DNA of 64,000 nt from Cyanidioschyzon merolae (Eukaryota). The stretch is from assembly GCA_000091205.1 (NCBI GenBank), contig AP006484.2; one strand, 5' to 3'. Positions 60,167 to 64,000 of this stretch are shown here, piece by piece. Every line of letters starts with the position of its first letter. Position 1 is the stretch's first letter. A program made the translations under genes and the position numbers. The notes beneath the pieces were generated by a model that saw nothing but the letters and a program-made list of their open reading frames with translations, ran no database searches and had not been told where the DNA came from.

Positions 60167-63100
60167 AGGTAACGGTGGTAAACGTCCAGTGAAGCCGGAA
60201 TGCGGCGGTTACCTCGTTGTGTGCAACTGCAGGCACCCAAGGCGACGTAAAGCTATTGAAGTGCATCGGCGGCGCCTGTGGTGCCGGCGCCCGGTGCGAC
60301 GGCACCATGGATGCGCTGTCGGAGGTTTGTATGCTCGGGGTCACGGGGGATGCCCTGCTCTTTTCTCCAAAAGTATTGTGGATCGAGTAAAATGCCGGTG
60401 ACTGGCCCGCAGCACGTATGCAGCGCTTATACGGCTGCCAGGATAGAACTGCAACGAGTTCACTGACTCAACGAGGGCGAACACGCGCAAGTTTGCGTTA
60501 TTTCATATCGTCAACTGCACCAGAACTTGGGGGTTGGTTTTTCGGTCTCCTGTGTCGCGTCTCCAACTTTAAATACGCTGGTCTCTCGTTTCGCTCCGAT
60601 TTCGTGAGCATCAGTCAGAGGATCGTGATAACAGGGCCAAATTCTCGTTCATAGGATTTCCGGTTGGCATAGACACGTGATAGGCGCAGGCGAAAGTTTC
60701 GATCGAATCTTCATTGGCCATGCTCACCTATTTGTTTGCGGCATCGGCGTACGCTTTGCAGCGATCACACCCGACTATGGTCAGATGCTGCCTTGTCTCC
60801 AGCGTGCTTCCTCGTACGAGTACTGCCCTCCGGCGCTTGAACTGTTGCTGCATCGCTCTGTACACGCACTAGACGAGTACAGAAGACTCCCCGTCGATGC
60901 CCTCGACCGTTTTCGCGTCTGGTGCCGTACCCGAAGATCACGAGCTTCGTCAGTGGCGATGCCCCCGACGAGTACTCTGTATGCGTCATATGCGAGTGCG
61001 CACTGTTCCATGCCATTGAAGATTTGTGGATTGCGGTGTTCGCCATGGTGGTAGGGATTTGGAAGGAAAATGCAGGTTGGAGAACTTGCCGAGAACTATC
61101 GATCCGGTGGCGTTCTCTTCATGGAAACCTGTGAAGCTTTCCCCATTGGAAGCCGTCTCCGCTATGTGTAGAGTACGAATCCATGAACACTTTTCATGCA
61201 AACAGAAGACAGGGTAGCCTCTCTGGGAGCATATCCCCTGAATTGTATCGTGCTGCGGTTGAATCCGCCGATTCATCGACGGGCACACAGAGAGAAGCAC
61301 CTGTCTTTCGACCCGCGTCGAGTATTTGACATGCGCTTGGGAAGAAGTCGTCAAGGAAGGTCGTCGAGATTCTCTCCTCATCGAAGCAGGGACGCGCATA
61401 GCTGTGCTCCTCGGTTACCTTGAAACAGAAAGATCGAGTTCTAGGAAACTGTATGAATTGAGCACGCGATATTTACGGAACGGAGAAGAGTCAAGGCTTG
61501 TTGTTCTGCATTGCGTTAAAATATCGGTTATTATAAGAGCCCTTGTACGAATCTGTCGCATGTCACTGTGATGATGGTGAGGTGACGAATTCTACTGGGA
61601 CTTTGTCGAAGGGGCCGTCCCGGAGAAAACAACCGCCGAGAATCGTAAACCAAGGTATGCATCCAAGAACGCCAATTCCCGCACTTCGAAATTAGAGGCG
61701 CAATATCAACACAAGTTCGCAGAGAAAATCGACAGATAGAAACAGAACGAGCAGTTCAGTTCGCGATGGTAGTTCGACACCATTGTGGAGCGCAGCAGCG
61801 TATCGCGCTCGTTCGACTGTACCTGGACGAGTTCGGATAATGTGCAGTCGGGCACACGAACCAGCCCGGGCAGAACTTGGTCCAGGCTCACCTGGGATGC
61901 TGGAGTGTCCTGAGGCGCAACTGGGTATGCCCGTTTGCCGAAACGATTCATTGTCGTTCGTTGGCACTCGTTTAGAGAGACACCCAGCTGCTAGACATGT
62001 GTGCACCATGCGTCCTTGGTGCGTGCGAGCGACGAATATCCCAATGTCGTCGGATCCCGTGGATGACAACCACGCAGCATCGACTCGTTACTCGTTCGAC
62101 GCACTAGTTGATGCCGCGGGCGTGCCGCCATCGCGTGCTATAGCGCGTCCTGCGCCAAAGGCGAATACCGCACCACGTGACTTGTCGGTCATGTTCTTTG
62201 CCACTTCATTGATGAAGCCCGCAAATCTATGCATCTTGCCTCCATGCAACCGATACCGTTGGCGGCCCCAGCGAGGTCTCTCGGAACGCTGTCGAAAATC
62301 GTTCGCACGAGCCATGTGGACGCTTCTGCTCTGTCCAGTGCTGGGCGCTACGGAATCGATGTTGGCACTGTCACGCCATTTGTTGGTATATACGCTGGCG
62401 TCCATAATGCTCGACTACCCATAAACGCGAACAATGGAGAAATCAAGCCATATTACATATTCTGTCTGAGCATCAATTACCCTGTCATATGAAGGTTCTA
62501 TCGAAAATTTCGAGAGGCATCTGCTCAGCTGGTAGCCCTGCGTCCGGATCGGCTACAGCAAGTCGTTTGACGAGGTGCATCGGGGCGAGAGCGGTGCCTC
62601 GCGAGACTTTGTCGCGTAAGGAGCTATGCGATATCTGTTGGCGTCCTGAATCTATCGATTAGCCGGAGACGAACTTGTTGGCTAGTGATCTATGCGCGTA
62701 AAAACCGCGTTTGCCGATAGTGACAATGCCGTACACTGGATAGAAGCTGGGAGCATGGGCTGGTACGAAGACCAGGTCCAGCCAAATTCCAGCTGTATGC
62801 TCCCTGTTTCTTGTTCAGTCATGGAACGCGACATTGCTAACGAGCAGGACAGACGAATTTGGTAAGGAGGAGCTTGGCAGAGAGACTCGATGAACGACGC
62901 GTCGTCGAGCAATCCTAACCGTTCGGCGATTTGGGGCCGGCCTCACGCTTGACTCCCCGCTGGGCCTGAAGCCGTTGTCGCACGTGCTTGACTCCTCTTT
63001 ACGGCCGGAGGTCTGCCCCTACTTCATCAACGATGCACAGACCTGCCAGTCTTCCCGAATCAAGACTCATCGAATGAGACGAACACCATCCAAACCTGTA

Positions 63101-63747
63101 CTGACAAAAATTCGCTTCTCAGTACGAAATCAATCGTGTCTTGTGCAACGCATGGCGCTCTCCCATACAGGCGTGCTTTGCCTCAACGTCCGCCCGTGTC
63201 CCTTCGTCACCGTTCGTATCGAGGGCATAGAGACGTCTCATTCGACGGCATCGTGAACATTGTCTCTTACACATCATATTCAGTAGAATACCTTTCGAAG
63301 GAGATCGTCGTCCATTTCGTCAGAGTTTGACCGGTTCTCCTCTAGGATGCGTGACGTTCAGAGCCAGCGTCGACGACGAGCAGCGTCATTCGACGTTGCT
63401 ATGCCCGTTGAAATACTGACAAGTAACGCCATTCTATATATGACAGCGATGACACCTTAGAGCCTTTCCAGGACCTCTGTCCAGACATCATCGCCACCAC
63501 CATCATCAGATATTCTATTCATAGAATACCTAGAAGAAAAAAAAACAGCGTGCTCCCGCAGGTATTCCAGCATGGACCGCTCCCGCACTGTAACGGACTC
63601 GCGGAGGGCGGCAGCGCGCGCACTTTGCGCGCCCCCGATGTGCTGTCCGTTTCGCCGCATCCGCCGGTGCCAGGCGCAGAGAAAAACGTTTCGCCTAGCG
63701 GAACTCGTACGTAGAAGCAGCGGAAGCGCGGCCCAGCGGCGAGCGTC

Positions 63748-64000
63748 ATGCTGCATAACGATAATAGTTTCAAGGCGAACAACAACAACAACAACAACAA
63801 CGAAGCAGGATCGTCTCGTGGTGGTGTTTACTGGCACGAGGGAAGCGTCTCGCGAGGTGAACGGGCGTCTCTGCTCGGTCAGACAGGCTGCACGGTGTGG
63901 CTCAGCGGGCTCTCCGGGGCGGGCAAGTCGACGATCGCTTGCGCTTTGGAACAAGCGCTTCTGCATCGTGGATACTTCGCCTACCGTCTAGATGGCGACA
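63748..64000 (+). CDS. Adenylyl-sulfate (APS) kinase, N-terminal part; the CDS continues beyond the window end.
   Basis: Frame 1 from the ATG at 63748: [84 protein letters not shown]. Matches the APS-kinase P-loop region ([34 protein letters not shown]...LDGDNVR). Confidence 0.75.
   Translation, partial: MLHNDNSFKANNNNNNNNEAGSSRGGVYWHEGSVSRGERASLLGQTGCTVWLSGLSGAGKSTIACALEQALLHRGYFAYRLDGD

Overview
The window is 64 kb of GC-rich (about 58-60%) eukaryotic nuclear DNA. Genes are densely packed and mostly intron-poor. Many homopolymer tracts (poly-Ala, poly-Gln, poly-Asp) are encoded by trinucleotide microsatellites, and intergenic spacers have lower GC. The ORF track calls GTG and TTG as start codons, so many listed N-termini are not true starts.

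Housekeeping genes I could assign from conserved motifs, in order along the window:
- bifunctional ArgA-type N-acetylglutamate synthase
- ATP-citrate lyase CoA-binding/citrate-synthase-like subunit
- LSm2
- a RING-H2 protein
- a WD40-repeat protein
- type I signal peptidase
- Pex3
- site-2 protease (M50)
- MoeA/gephyrin E-domain
- SPT6
- a CHCH twin-Cx9C protein
- NOG1 GTPase
- Tim9
- the 5' end of an APS kinase, which runs off the window

Three structures stand out.

1. A roughly 2.4 kb AT-richer island at about 20.3-22.7 kb carries a TnpB/Fanzor-like gene. It has an NLS-like N-terminus, a WED-like TDG motif, RuvC-I, a Fanzor-type YYxxSG motif, a RuvC-II-like xVxEFRxS motif and the RuvC-III NAAINI motif. 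It is split across three reading frames. Two of the three RuvC acidic positions are substituted (GVNPG instead of GIDPG; NRVFNAAINI instead of NRDxNAAxNI), and the zinc ribbon is degenerate. This is either a decaying Fanzor pseudogene or a catalytically inactivated derivative.

2. Two roughly 2.41 kb inverted repeats with about 97% identity and no recognisable coding content (about 11,025-13,433 and 24,809-27,220). They bracket an 11.4 kb segment that contains the WD40 gene, a 1118-aa orphan gene, the Fanzor-like island and a coiled-coil ORF.

3. A 1.65 kb satellite of 92-bp monomers (about 18 copies) lies immediately upstream of NOG1. The monomers are organised into a 7-monomer (about 641 bp) higher-order repeat, and each monomer carries two short dyads.

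Smaller features are an 84-bp minisatellite, a 21-nt coding-like tandem repeat, and several low-GC stretches with no ORF I can recognise.
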